DNA of 64,000 nt from a virus (lineage: Duplodnaviria; Caudoviricetes), in the IMG/VR virus record IMGVR_UViG_3300021255_000062, positions 32,001-96,000 of that record; one strand, written 5' to 3'. Positions 49,406 through 60,159 of the stretch are shown piece after piece. Under the pieces are notes generated by a model, which was given only the letters and a program-made list of their open reading frames with translations, was not told where the DNA came from and made no database searches. Position 1 is the first letter of the stretch; every line of letters begins with the position of its first letter. Both the position numbers and the translations under genes were made by a program.

Positions 49406-49888
49406 CTATTTGGAATCCGCCCTATCTGCTCTATTTAATTCAATAGCCTTCATTATATCAACATTTATATACTGCTGAATAATATCAGACTTATCATAAT
49501 CCATAATTTCATTAGCAATAGCATATGCAGCTAATTCATTGATCTGTTCAATAGGAAGTTCTTTTATTTTTTGTTTAAACTCAGCTACAGGCATCACTGT
49601 TAAATAACGTTTTCTCTGTGCATCATTTAAAGTAATAATATTGACTGGAGCTTTCGCGCCCTCTGGCTCTAGACCCAGAGCAATTTTAACTTCCATATCA
49701 TCAATTCCAAGGATTCCATTTTTAAATAAATTTTCTACTCCTGGGCTATACATAGCTTCTTCTAACTGCTCAAAAGGAATAACCATTGTGGCGCCCTTTC
49801 TTTCCCAAACTCTTCGAAGTCTTAATTCGGGAACAGTTAAAATAACTCTTTGAGAAACTAAACTTACAACTTTTACCTTTTTATCCAT
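49406..49888 (-). CDS. hypothetical virion-module protein
   Basis: ORF downstream of the major capsid gene; AGGAG SD before the ATG at 49888. Confidence 0.6.
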   Translation of the reverse strand: MDKKVKVVSLVSQRVILTVPELRLRRVWERKGATMVIPFEQLEEAMYSPGVENLFKNGILGIDDMEVKIALGLEPEGAKAPVNIITLNDAQRKRYLTVMPVAEFKQKIKELPIEQINELAAYAIANEIMDYDKSDIIQQYINVDIMKAIELNRADRADSK

Positions 49889-49954
49889 TTTAAATACTCC
49901 TTTTAACTCCAATAATAAAGATGAGGGAGGGTGTACCCCTCCCCATCAATCAAA

Positions 49955-51016
49955 TTATACGTTCGGGTACATTTCTTTATAAGTCTGAGTAATACCTTCG
50001 TTTTTATAAATTCCCCAATTGTGATAAGCAAGGATTGCTGTTCCAAGCTTTCTATAAGTGTGAATTTCCATTGACTGATCAGCATTAACGAAATCCCAAA
50101 TCTGGGTCTGTCCTTCGAACACGACCTTAACAACTCTTTCCCCGCCTGTCGGAAGCACATAAGCAAGCTGCGGGTCAATCCAAGTTTCTACATTGTCGCT
50201 ATCAACAAATGACTGCGGAATTTGAACAATCGGTGTTCCTCTAAATAAATTAATATATCCAGTATTATGAATAGCATCAATATCTTGAGGATGATATACT
50301 CCACCATAGTTACCGTTAGCTGCAACAGGAACAATTGCATCTGCGCCCATAGCAGCGATAAACTCCGGAGGAGCAAAAATAACAGCGCCAGAACCATAAG
50401 CCCTAACAGTTGAAATCAGCTTCATCATCTCTTGTCCGTCGAAATCATTTCCAACTGTAACATTAGCTCTATTATTTGCGGGAACACCCTGTTGACTTAC
50501 AGCCTTACGTAAAGCTCTTTGAACCTCTTGATATACTGCATCAGTTTGAGCTTCTGTCAGTATATTAACAAGTTCAGCCATATCTTCTGCACCATCGAGC
50601 ATTCTTTCAAAATCAATTGTACAAGCTCCACCAATAGCATGAGCGCTTACTTCGAAAGTACTGTTATCAAGTCTAAAACTCTCATAAACTCCAGAAAGAC
50701 CAACTTGAGTAAGGAACTTCTTAGCTCTATTCTTTCCTAATCTTGTTCTAAACAGAGCCTTCTGTCCTTGACCAACCTGTCTAACTTCAGCAAAAATGCC
50801 TACGGCATCAATAACTTTATTGGGTACTACTTCATCAGCAGCCTCAATTATAATTTCGTAAATATCATATCTATTTTTCATAAACTGGTTAACAGAACCA
50901 GCCAGCTCTCTTAAACCCTCAACTAAAGCATCATTAACATTCTCCATTGTATAATTAGCCGGAGCACTATTCTTAGCCGCGTGAAGGGCTAATTCTTTCA
51001 TTTCTTTAATAGTCAT
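49955..51016 (-). CDS. major capsid protein
   Basis: 353 aa; follows protease/scaffold and decoration genes; followed by a hairpin. Confidence 0.8.
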   Translation of the reverse strand: MTIKEMKELALHAAKNSAPANYTMENVNDALVEGLRELAGSVNQFMKNRYDIYEIIIEAADEVVPNKVIDAVGIFAEVRQVGQGQKALFRTRLGKNRAKKFLTQVGLSGVYESFRLDNSTFEVSAHAIGGACTIDFERMLDGAEDMAELVNILTEAQTDAVYQEVQRALRKAVSQQGVPANNRANVTVGNDFDGQEMMKLISTVRAYGSGAVIFAPPEFIAAMGADAIVPVAANGNYGGVYHPQDIDAIHNTGYINLFRGTPIVQIPQSFVDSDNVETWIDPQLAYVLPTGGERVVKVVFEGQTQIWDFVNADQSMEIHTYRKLGTAILAYHNWGIYKNEGITQTYKEMYPNV

Positions 51017-51032
51017 AATTTATTACCCCCTA

Positions 51033-51584
51033 TTACGCAGTTAATACCTGAAATTTAAATGCAAATTGTCCATCGGGCATTGTTGTTTTTTCTACAGCTT
51101 TTAATACCGGGCCTTTCTCTGGAGCAGTTTTTGTTAAGAGAATGGCACCCTGTCCACTAATACCGCCAAACACATCAGTAGTGGTAAGATCCACTTTTTC
51201 AACCGCATCGTCATCAGCAAAATCAGCATCATATCCAAAGCAATTAGTTGTAAACAGTTCACCAGGTGAAAGGAAACCAAGTCTAGGATAGAATGTACCT
51301 CTTTCAAGAGAGAAATCCTTCAGCGCATTAGCTCTTTCATCATACATATGTTCCGTTGTATAATTAATGGCAACAGGCATAGTTTCAACATTGTCTTCTG
51401 TAGCAAACTTAATAGTTCTATTCACCCTATCAACCGCAAGAAGCATACCGTTTTCAGCCGGTACGTCAGCAAAATCAGTTGCATCTAAAGCACACTGAGC
51501 TTCAACCCTGCCGTCTCTACGGAAGGCTACTTGATTTAATTCCAATTGACCAAAACCGTCAATTACAAATCTTTTAAAGGCCAT
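51033..51584 (-). CDS. putative capsid decoration/cement protein
   Basis: ENGMLLAVD motif; lies between scaffold and capsid genes. Confidence 0.6.
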   Translation of the reverse strand: MAFKRFVIDGFGQLELNQVAFRRDGRVEAQCALDATDFADVPAENGMLLAVDRVNRTIKFATEDNVETMPVAINYTTEHMYDERANALKDFSLERGTFYPRLGFLSPGELFTTNCFGYDADFADDDAVEKVDLTTTDVFGGISGQGAILLTKTAPEKGPVLKAVEKTTMPDGQFAFKFQVLTA

Positions 51585-51598
51585 AATAAATCCTCCAT

Positions 51599-52996
51599 TT
51601 ATTTCTTCTTATTTTTCTGTCTCTCTAAAATAGCTTCAATTCCAGTTAAAACAGGCTCATCCTTCGGAATGAAACCATTATCATTATCGGAAAAAATAGC
51701 TGACTTAGATTGAACAAGAACGAAAGCAAGTTCCTTATCTAACTGTTCTTTAGTAAACGAATCGATTCTATCTCTAAAATCTTTAAGTTGCTCTTCTTCA
51801 AGAAGGGTTACATACTTATCAATAACTGACTCTTTTTCTTTTAGCTCTGCGGCAAGTTTAAACTCATTTAAACTATCTTTTTCAGAGGTAAGAGTTTCGA
51901 TTGTTTCTAAAGCAGTTGTATAATTACCATTTACTTCTTCTAATTCATTCTCAAGTTTTTCTTTATCCTGTTGTAAAGTAGCAATTGTAGAATTGTTCTC
52001 TTCAATTTTGGAGTTAAAATTTTCTACTTCAGTTTGAAGACCAGTTACTACTTCATCAAGTTTCTCATAAGTATTGTTATTCATAGCATGAAGAACGTCA
52101 AGCGCGTGTTTTTCTTCTTCATTTACGTCTACAATATAACAGGTTTCTAATCTATCAATACTAAGAGAATCTGTTTCATCATTTTTAGTATAATACGCTC
52201 TTTCATATTCACCAGATTCAAATTTAAAAACTACTGCATATTCGTCATATACGTCACAAAGTGCGTAATCCATAATATACTCGTTTTCTTCATTGAATCT
52301 TGGATTAAGTAAAGTCCAAAGCATATTATATTTCTGATTATCAGAAAGTTTAAAGTTCATATGTTTTTCTCCTCCCAAGTTTTGCTTTTGAAATATTTCT
52401 GCACTTTCTAAATTATTCATCAAAGCCTTTACAGAATCTACTAGTGTATAAAATGATGCTCCCTCAAAACAAGGCTCATAATCTTCTCCAAGGGCCTGAA
52501 GTCCAAGGAAACGCCCTGCCGTAAAAACAAAATATTTTTTCCCTTCGATGAATTGCCATTCTCCTTCAATAGAATCAACATACAACTCCATTGATTGAGA
52601 TTTCCCAATTATATCAAAAGCTTCTTGTTTGTAAAGTCCAGTAAAAAGATATATGTCAGTACACGCATAAGTTCTTTCTACTCCATCTGTATCAAGATGC
52701 TTCTCCCAAGAAAAATTTGGATTTTCTGGAACAATACCATAAATACGCCCTTCGTATCTTTCTCTTCCATGGTCTGTAAAGTCATCTTTCATGGTATCAT
52801 ATATTCCCTTAACAGGAACATAAGGCAAGGTTGTTACTAATTTCTCAGCAAATTCTTCTGTAATATAAGTACCATTACGATTTGCACCAGTATAAAAAAT
52901 TCGACATCTTGCTTTTGATAAGACTTCATTATAATCAGTAATATTGCCATAAATAGAAAGAGAAAAAGTTGTTATTTTATCCTTTTCTATATCCAT
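51599..52996 (-). CDS. prohead protease-scaffold protein
   Basis: NRNG...H...QSMEL...PCFE protease domain plus C-terminal coiled coil. Confidence 0.75.
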   Translation of the reverse strand: MDIEKDKITTFSLSIYGNITDYNEVLSKARCRIFYTGANRNGTYITEEFAEKLVTTLPYVPVKGIYDTMKDDFTDHGRERYEGRIYGIVPENPNFSWEKHLDTDGVERTYACTDIYLFTGLYKQEAFDIIGKSQSMELYVDSIEGEWQFIEGKKYFVFTAGRFLGLQALGEDYEPCFEGASFYTLVDSVKALMNNLESAEIFQKQNLGGEKHMNFKLSDNQKYNMLWTLLNPRFNEENEYIMDYALCDVYDEYAVVFKFESGEYERAYYTKNDETDSLSIDRLETCYIVDVNEEEKHALDVLHAMNNNTYEKLDEVVTGLQTEVENFNSKIEENNSTIATLQQDKEKLENELEEVNGNYTTALETIETLTSEKDSLNEFKLAAELKEKESVIDKYVTLLEEEQLKDFRDRIDSFTKEQLDKELAFVLVQSKSAIFSDNDNGFIPKDEPVLTGIEAILERQKNKKK

Positions 52997-54465
52997 TATT
53001 TAGAACCCCCACGATCTAACGACTCCTCATTAGCAACTGTTTTAGCACTTTTATCTTGCGTATCTTTTTCAGGACGTCCTACGTTTCCTGTTTCTGTAAA
53101 AGCGGTACTTAAAGGTAGAAGTTTTTCTTTCAAATTTAAAACATCATTCTCTAAATCTTTTATACTATTTAATTCGCGCTGAGAAATATCCATAGCCAAC
53201 GCCGGCAATAAAAAACTATAACCAGAATTGGCTAGTTTTAAACTTGTTTCTACATAATCTTTTTGATTATAATATGATATAGGTAAAATCTTATATGTAA
53301 AAGTTATATTTGTATTACCATATCGCTCATTTATAATCGAGGTTATAAAACTCTCAAGTTTGCGCGCCAATACCATCATCAACGCCATATCGTTAGTAAT
53401 AGAAGTACTTAATGAAAGGTTAGAATCTGTGCCAAATAATTGACTACTAGAACCAGACTCAGCATAAATATTAGACAAAGCCTTATCTACAGAATTAAGA
53501 GCATTGTCATTAGAAGTTTTAGAAACAATCGCGTCTACATCGGTATATGTCGTTAACACACTTAAATTCTCATTCTTTTTAAGCATATCAACTGCGCCAC
53601 GATGCATTTCTAAGGCTTCCTCGGGTTCGAAAAGTAATCCACCATCTTGCAGATGAGGTATTCTCTGAACGAGAATTTTTCTAATTTCTTCTAAGTCACG
53701 TTCCTTATTAATATCTTTTGCATCTTCGTATTCTAATTCCGCAGTAATAATATTTAAAAATATTGGCCTATCTTCAAGTAAAGACATACAAATTCCTATA
53801 CTAGGAGAAACATAACACCACGGATCATTAATTTTTCTATTTTTATAACGTCTATACCAGTTAACCACTTCTTTTGGATATGTTGCTAAAGCTTTTTTTC
53901 GATATTCTCCATCGGTTATGGTGTCAAAATAAGTAACATTAAATTCAATTATATCATTACCCTCTTTATCCTTAAAGCGTGAACGACAATAAAAAACAGG
54001 CAAGTCTAAAATAGAAATTGATTTATCTGTTACTTCTTGAATCACCCCATAATAGCAACCATCGCGTAAAACTTTGATTGCTATATGAGTAAATAATTTA
54101 GGTAGTTTTGCATTATCTATAAAAGTAACTGCATTATTATACTTTTTTACAATATACTGTTCGGAGAGATTTTTACCAAAACTTGGATTAGGAATTAGTA
54201 AACCAGTATATTTTAATAAAGTAGCATAGTGCAATAACAATCTTTGATAAAAACCACCCCTTCTAAAATAGTTACGAGAAAGAATAATTTGAGCCTCAGT
54301 AGAACCGGAATCAATAATTTTTTCTATTTCTTCTAAGGTATATTCCCTAACTCTTTCATATCTATTTCTTCCCCAACGTGTCAAATTATAGGATGATTCA
54401 TTTTTAGCAACCATATTTGAAATTGCTCTTGTAAAAGTTGCTAACATATTTTTTTGTTCATCCAT
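52996..54465 (-). CDS. portal protein
   Basis: 489 aa directly after the terminase; GRP near the C-terminus. Confidence 0.8.
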   Translation of the reverse strand: MDEQKNMLATFTRAISNMVAKNESSYNLTRWGRNRYERVREYTLEEIEKIIDSGSTEAQIILSRNYFRRGGFYQRLLLHYATLLKYTGLLIPNPSFGKNLSEQYIVKKYNNAVTFIDNAKLPKLFTHIAIKVLRDGCYYGVIQEVTDKSISILDLPVFYCRSRFKDKEGNDIIEFNVTYFDTITDGEYRKKALATYPKEVVNWYRRYKNRKINDPWCYVSPSIGICMSLLEDRPIFLNIITAELEYEDAKDINKERDLEEIRKILVQRIPHLQDGGLLFEPEEALEMHRGAVDMLKKNENLSVLTTYTDVDAIVSKTSNDNALNSVDKALSNIYAESGSSSQLFGTDSNLSLSTSITNDMALMMVLARKLESFITSIINERYGNTNITFTYKILPISYYNQKDYVETSLKLANSGYSFLLPALAMDISQRELNSIKDLENDVLNLKEKLLPLSTAFTETGNVGRPEKDTQDKSAKTVANEESLDRGGSK

Positions 54466-56276
54466 TATCTTCCTCCTGAGAAGAATACTAATTGTCGACT
54501 ACCTCTGCGCCGGCGGTGGCTTGTCTTATAGTAGTCTTCTTCAAGTTCCTTAATTCTCCATAACCCATAAGAAAAGCTAGAATACTTATCTTTAGGAAAT
54601 CTCGAATTAATTCGTTCAAGAACTATATCCAAGCTTGTTCCAGTTCGTTTTAGTCGAAGATTAGCCATTTCTTCAAATAACTTTGTTGTCATCTCATGCG
54701 GCATCAAACGTACCACACGTTGTTCTACGGTCATTTTTTGACCCTTTTTTGTAGCAAGTAAAGCACTTTTAGCTTCTTGCTCCTTTATTAAGAAGCGAAC
54801 TAAGCCGCTTGTTAATCGTGAATAACAATTTCCATGAATCTTTGAATTAAGTGATGTGTTAGCTTTAATACCATAAAGAATTTTTGGTGCATCTTTAGGC
54901 TGAATCAATTTATAATTATCATCATTAATAAAACCATAAGCAGGAAGCAGATTCCCCATTTCATCATAATGAGGTTTAATCATTTCATCTGCCAAACCAA
55001 CACCTAACCCATTGGTATCAATTACGACCTCGCGCGGATTGAATTGAGCGATGATTTTTTTCAAGTCAACCGCCTGAACAGTAAAAGGTTTAGTTTGTGG
55101 CGTCCTACCTAAAACAATCAAGTTTACTAAGGTTGAATAAAACTTTCCTTTCACTATATTAACCCTAAATACGCTAACTGCGGTTTGATCAGAAATTCTA
55201 CCTACGTCCACTGATATTAAGTAAAATTGTTCGGAATCAGGTCTATTAATTGCGTGCGTTTCTGGATTCTTTAACTTTCTATAACGCGATAGCTTTTCGT
55301 AGGAAAACCATGCATCTTCGCTAGAACCTTGCCAAAGACTTAAATATTCAGTTGCAAAAGATTCAGCATTATAAGATGGACTCATTTTAAGTTTATTAAT
55401 ATATTGCTTATCAATAAGTCCATGCATCGCTGGTAATCGCCAGTCGCATCCAAACATAAAAGCATGTTGTGGATCAATTATAGCATTTTCAAAAGTATCT
55501 ATAAGACGATCATAAGCAAAAGAAGTTTTGCTTCCCGCGCTAGTAGCAGCGATAATTTGTTGATTAGGCTCTTTTTCATTCACTGTATTATTTGGAAGTC
55601 TACGAGATACATTAACCAAAGGAATAACTACAGAGTTAATCATCTCCTCATCACCATCACGTATCTCATCAATCATACCACCCTGGCGACGTCCGCCACG
55701 AGCGGCATCACCAGCAAGCACAACGTCAAAAACAGAGCCATTTCGAAATTTTAAAGTCACATAGTCTTTACCAAAATTACCGGGGTATTCATTCAATTCC
55801 CAACCAATAATTTCCTTCTTTAAAAGAGGCCAATGATCATATATTTCATAAATTTTTTCTTTTGTAATTTGCGCCGCCTGCTGTTTTGTATTAGCAGTCA
55901 TAAATACTTTTCGACCGGGGATGAAAATACATTGTAAGAATAGACCAAGAATAATAATAAAAGACTTTGAGTATGCTCTAGGGGCTGTCAAAAAGACATC
56001 CTTAAAACGCATTACCACTCTTAAAGTTAATCTCTGATAGAAAAACAAAGCAAATTCAGAATCAGCAGGTTTAATAATATCTAAATAAATATCCGGATAA
56101 GCAGTGAAAAAATTAACCCACTTACATAGGCTTTCATAATTTCTATTTAAATATTCATTGGTAATCGCTGCGCCTTTCTCGAGTTCAATACCGTCGCGCT
56201 CTGCTCGTTCAACGAAATCATTTGGAGTTAATTGTTGGCGTTTTGACAGGATAACTTTTTTCCTTTTTTCTTGCAT
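54465..56276 (-). CDS. terL: terminase large subunit
   Basis: Walker A PRAYSKS, Walker B MIDE, ATSAG coupling motif, nuclease SVDVGR and KDKYSS. Confidence 0.9.
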   Translation of the reverse strand: MQEKRKKVILSKRQQLTPNDFVERAERDGIELEKGAAITNEYLNRNYESLCKWVNFFTAYPDIYLDIIKPADSEFALFFYQRLTLRVVMRFKDVFLTAPRAYSKSFIIILGLFLQCIFIPGRKVFMTANTKQQAAQITKEKIYEIYDHWPLLKKEIIGWELNEYPGNFGKDYVTLKFRNGSVFDVVLAGDAARGGRRQGGMIDEIRDGDEEMINSVVIPLVNVSRRLPNNTVNEKEPNQQIIAATSAGSKTSFAYDRLIDTFENAIIDPQHAFMFGCDWRLPAMHGLIDKQYINKLKMSPSYNAESFATEYLSLWQGSSEDAWFSYEKLSRYRKLKNPETHAINRPDSEQFYLISVDVGRISDQTAVSVFRVNIVKGKFYSTLVNLIVLGRTPQTKPFTVQAVDLKKIIAQFNPREVVIDTNGLGVGLADEMIKPHYDEMGNLLPAYGFINDDNYKLIQPKDAPKILYGIKANTSLNSKIHGNCYSRLTSGLVRFLIKEQEAKSALLATKKGQKMTVEQRVVRLMPHEMTTKLFEEMANLRLKRTGTSLDIVLERINSRFPKDKYSSFSYGLWRIKELEEDYYKTSHRRRRGSRQLVFFSGGR

Positions 56277-56280
56277 TTAT

Positions 56281-57270
56281 CTATCCTCCCAAATCGGCCT
56301 CAAATTCATCATCTTTAAAAAGCTGTTCAAAGCCTTCATTCTCATAGTTATCAAAATCTGTATTTTTATCATTTAAATCATAATACGACTCTAGCTCAGC
56401 CGCAGTCTTCAAAGCTTGAATACGTTGAGTTATTTCATCACCAATCCCAGATTCATTTGTATATAACCTTTGATTCCAAGATTGAATGTTCTTAATAGTC
56501 TCGTCAACGACGTCTCTTGTTTCCCCATCGTAAAAATTATTAACAAATCCTTTCTTTTCAAGCCATCGACAAAGCTCTCCCATTGATTCGAAATCGCTCG
56601 CATTTTTAACGTTTTTAGGAGTAAACTCTCCCGTTTTAACTAACTTATCATATGAAGCAAGCAGCTTATCAAAATCTGCTCCTTCTCTAATCCTACAATC
56701 TATCTCATAAGAAATCTTACAAATTTTCAAGGCTTGGTCGCCTTGAAGCGCGCCATTAATATTTTGAGTCAGGAGCAATCCATCATATAAATTTTCTAAA
56801 TAGTTCAAAGCCTCATCATCATAATTAAAGCCCCATTTCTCTTGAAGTCGATGTCTTTTTTCTTCCGCCAATCCGGGTATTACTTCATCAAGGGCGCCCG
56901 CAGCGTTAAGTTCTTCGTATGCTTCTTGGTAAGACTTCCAATCTATATTCTCATAACTCTCACCAAAATAAATTAAATTATATGCCTTCAATAGCTCCGC
57001 CGCAGTATGATTGGGGAACAACTCAACAAATTTTTTTGGCTCAAAAGGAATATCTAAAAACTGGCAAATCTTATCCATCGCATTCCAATCATATATTTCT
57101 TTTTCCTCTGTTTTAATTCTTTCTCCTAAACAGTCTACACATACATCTATATATCCGGTTGGATACATAAAAGACTTGGTTCGCAAATAAGAAAAAGAAT
57201 CTTTCATCTGGCCGCAGCAAACGCATTTCTTTGAAGAGAAATCTATATCAAAATGTGGATTTAAAGCCAT
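56281..57270 (-). CDS. Zn-finger protein upstream of terL (terminase small subunit candidate)
   Basis: CVCC...CVDC; position. Confidence 0.5.
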   Translation of the reverse strand: MALNPHFDIDFSSKKCVCCGQMKDSFSYLRTKSFMYPTGYIDVCVDCLGERIKTEEKEIYDWNAMDKICQFLDIPFEPKKFVELFPNHTAAELLKAYNLIYFGESYENIDWKSYQEAYEELNAAGALDEVIPGLAEEKRHRLQEKWGFNYDDEALNYLENLYDGLLLTQNINGALQGDQALKICKISYEIDCRIREGADFDKLLASYDKLVKTGEFTPKNVKNASDFESMGELCRWLEKKGFVNNFYDGETRDVVDETIKNIQSWNQRLYTNESGIGDEITQRIQALKTAAELESYYDLNDKNTDFDNYENEGFEQLFKDDEFEADLGG

Positions 57271-57271
57271 T

Positions 57272-57544
57272 TTATTTCCCTCTTTTAATTACTTTACTTA
57301 CTAATCTGTTCAAATTTATTCGGCGGGTTCTGCTTAAATTTTCAACTTTGTCGCACAAATCACACCAAATGTCAGTAAAATCGCGGGCTGATTGGTTCAT
57401 ATGCTTATCATCTGCATCTTTATTTAAAGACTCATCTACATTATATAAATCAACCCCTAAAATTTTACAGACTCCAAGAAATTCTACAGTATCTAGTTTG
57501 ACAATCTTTTTTAATAAATCTTCTGAACTATTTCTACCAATCAT
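57272..57544 (-). CDS. hypothetical protein
   Basis: coupled ORF with SD. Confidence 0.6.
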   Translation of the reverse strand: MIGRNSSEDLLKKIVKLDTVEFLGVCKILGVDLYNVDESLNKDADDKHMNQSARDFTDIWCDLCDKVENLSRTRRINLNRLVSKVIKRGK

Positions 57545-58857
57545 AATTTACTCCTTTTCTTCTTTCGAACTTCTCTCTCGCACCTCTTACATCTATTTTG
57601 AAAACCATCTTTATTTCTGCTCTTCTTAATCCAGTTCCTTCCGTCTAACAGTAAAATTCTACCGCAATCAGTACATTTTTTAAAGTTCTCTGGAAAAAAA
57701 CAGTTTTCAATAGTATCTTGATGAATTCTTGCCGCCTCATTAATTTTTGTAATAATTTTTTGCTTAAAAATAGTACTAATATAATTTGCAGTATAACTCT
57801 TCCCATATTTTTTATTAATATAATTAGCTATATCAATATTTTTTTCTTTTTTCTCTTTTAAACGTAAAATTTCCTTTTGTACATCTGTTAAATCAGCAAT
57901 AGATTCATAAAATTTCAATGTTTTTAAAAGACTATCTAAATTATTTTCCACTATATAATTAGATTTAACTCGAGCAATCCTATCTTCAAAGTCTTCTTTA
58001 AATAAGTAAAGCTGATAGACCATATCGAGTTCTCTAAAGTCAAAAACTTTTGAATCTTTAAAATCTATTTCTTTTTTCTTCCATATTAAATCATTAATTG
58101 TTTTTAGTTGTTTTTCGCTGAGGGCGCCGGGGTCAAAATCAGTATTAAAAATAAGCTCGCCCGCTTCTCCCTCTATTAATCCCAAAGGCAATACCTGTAT
58201 ATCGCAGTCAAAAACCAATGTATCATCTTTTGGACTATAAATAGACTGAGTAATGTTAAAAGTACTCTTATAAGAATCTCTAATCGTAAATTGTTCTGTT
58301 CTAAGTTCGCGCAATCGATGTCGCAATTTAAGATAGTTATATTGACTAAGTTTTTGACTGCGCGCACGTATAAGTTCAGCCTCTTCGTCGGTGAATCGTT
58401 TTAATAACTCATCTCTTGGTGGCTTGTCTCTTTTTCCAGACGCTATCTCATAAAAATTGATTTCCAATTCAGTCTCATCAATATTTCTCCATAATTTTTC
58501 AAAAGTTTCAATTAAATATTGTGGAGCCTGGCGTCGAGCTTCGCTTCTACTAAAAACCTTTCTATTCTTTTTTAAAACAACTGCATCGTTAAGTGAGTAG
58601 AGCTGTATGTTGGCTAGAGCTGGATTTTCTAAAACCGCATCTAATGATTCTACGTCGTTTGTTTTGGCCCATCTGGTTTTTAAATCTGTACCTGCACCAA
58701 TTGGGGTACCATCTTCGGTCTTGCCCCATAGTAAATAGTCTGCAATTGTGGTGGCTTCTGTTGAAGTCAAATCGGAAAATTGTGCCACATAATCGTTAAT
58801 AAAGTTAACTCGTTCTTCCACTGTTTCTAGGCTGAAGTCAAGCTTCAATCTATTCAT
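57541..58857 (-). CDS. putative transcription factor (sigma region-4-like HTH plus Zn ribbon)
   Basis: LTDVQKEILRL...NIDIANYIN...YTANYIS HTH; C-terminal CTDC...CKRC. Confidence 0.55.
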   Translation of the reverse strand: MNRLKLDFSLETVEERVNFINDYVAQFSDLTSTEATTIADYLLWGKTEDGTPIGAGTDLKTRWAKTNDVESLDAVLENPALANIQLYSLNDAVVLKKNRKVFSRSEARRQAPQYLIETFEKLWRNIDETELEINFYEIASGKRDKPPRDELLKRFTDEEAELIRARSQKLSQYNYLKLRHRLRELRTEQFTIRDSYKSTFNITQSIYSPKDDTLVFDCDIQVLPLGLIEGEAGELIFNTDFDPGALSEKQLKTINDLIWKKKEIDFKDSKVFDFRELDMVYQLYLFKEDFEDRIARVKSNYIVENNLDSLLKTLKFYESIADLTDVQKEILRLKEKKEKNIDIANYINKKYGKSYTANYISTIFKQKIITKINEAARIHQDTIENCFFPENFKKCTDCGRILLLDGRNWIKKSRNKDGFQNRCKRCEREVRKKKRSKL

Positions 58858-58879
58858 ATGTGTTACCTCCCATATCTAT

Positions 58880-58908
58880 AGTATACCACAGCGCGCCGCA
58901 GAAGTCAA
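58880..58908 (-). promoter_or_regulatory. sigmaA-type promoter
   Basis: TTGACT-N17-TATACT with extended TG. Confidence 0.75.
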
Positions 58909-59008
58909 ATTTTGAGAAACTCCTAAAATTTGACTTTTCTTTAAAAAACTTTTATTATTAATATAAGGAAACAAATTAAATTAAAATTCATAAGTGAGGA
59001 TATATTGA

Positions 59009-59740
59009 ATGAATTGTAGAGTAAGTCTTACAACGAAAATTGATTCTTCTACTTTAGAAGAGGGAACTGAAATTCTTGTTCTTAATCCCGATGATTACGA
59101 TTTAGGTTCAATAGAACAAATTAAAACTAAGGGATATAAGGTGTTAGCCTATTTATCAATTGGTACAATTAAGAAAGACCACCCATGGTATTTTAAATAT
59201 AAGCGATATAAGTTGGGAGAATTGAATAGTCAGTTAAATGAAATCTATGTTGATGTGAGAGAGAGGGACTGGAGAGATTTTGTTGTTGAGTGCGCGCGAG
59301 TGATTAGAGAGAAGGGTTTCGACGGTTGGTGGTTAGATAACTTAGACATTTATGAACACTATAAGTCTGCGAAAATGTTTATTGCTTGTAATTTGTTGAT
59401 AAAGAAGATAAAACGGCTTGGCGGTTATGTGATGGTGAGTGGGGGAAGTGAGTTTTTTGATTTTGCAATTGATCAGGACGTAGATTTGTCGATGGTTGAT
59501 GGGGTTATGCAGGGAGAGGTTTTCTCGTTAATAACGTCATATGAAAGGGGTGGAAAGTTTTCAAAACAAAAGAAAACGCGAAGAGAGTTCTATGAGAAGC
59601 TTTTACGAAGGTTGCGCAAGGGTGGAATTGATATATTTTTATTGGAGTATACGAGAAGCGAGAAAGTGAAAGATGAGATAAAAAGGTGGGCAAAAGAGAA
59701 TAAGGCGAGTTATTGTATAGCGGATGAAATAGTTTTATAA
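59009..59740 (+). CDS. GH114/PelA-like glycoside hydrolase (TIM barrel)
   Basis: GYKVLAYLSIG, YVDVR...W, KGFDGWWLDNLD-x-Y and LLEY motifs. Confidence 0.7.
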   Translation: MNCRVSLTTKIDSSTLEEGTEILVLNPDDYDLGSIEQIKTKGYKVLAYLSIGTIKKDHPWYFKYKRYKLGELNSQLNEIYVDVRERDWRDFVVECARVIREKGFDGWWLDNLDIYEHYKSAKMFIACNLLIKKIKRLGGYVMVSGGSEFFDFAIDQDVDLSMVDGVMQGEVFSLITSYERGGKFSKQKKTRREFYEKLLRRLRKGGIDIFLLEYTRSEKVKDEIKRWAKENKASYCIADEIVL

Positions 59741-59771
59741 AATGACCTGGTCGAAAGACCGGGTTATTTTT
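59741..59771 (+). terminator. intrinsic terminator
   Basis: AATGACCTGGTC-GAAA-GACCGGGTTATT followed by T-run. Confidence 0.8.
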
Positions 59772-59819
59772 ATTTCGTGGATATTATGTTCAATTTTTTA
59801 TTTCGTGGATATTATGTTC
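59767..59819. repeat. perfect 25-bp direct repeat, two copies
   Basis: TTTTTATTTCGTGGATATTATGTTC at 59767 and 59795. Confidence 0.9.
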
Positions 59820-60159
59820 CAGGCATCGAACATTTGTTCGGGTCAAAACGGGCCACTTCCCATAAGCATGGGCCCACTACCAATATTTTACAATTCAAGC
59901 GAGCGAAAATAAAAACTATTCCTCTTACTGGAAAATTTTTACAATTGCTCACACCGAAAAATTTCAATTTTTATTTTTCCAATTTTTTACAGTGGAAAAA
60001 TTTTTTTCGAAAAAATTTCATTTACATATTTTTACAGTGGTAAAATTTGACAGGGGAGATTTTCCTAAAATAAAGGTACTACTAGATTTTAAGACTACCA
60101 TTTTTAAAAAGTGGTACAGTATCAAAATGATACTGGGGGATAGAGAAGAAGCAAGGATT

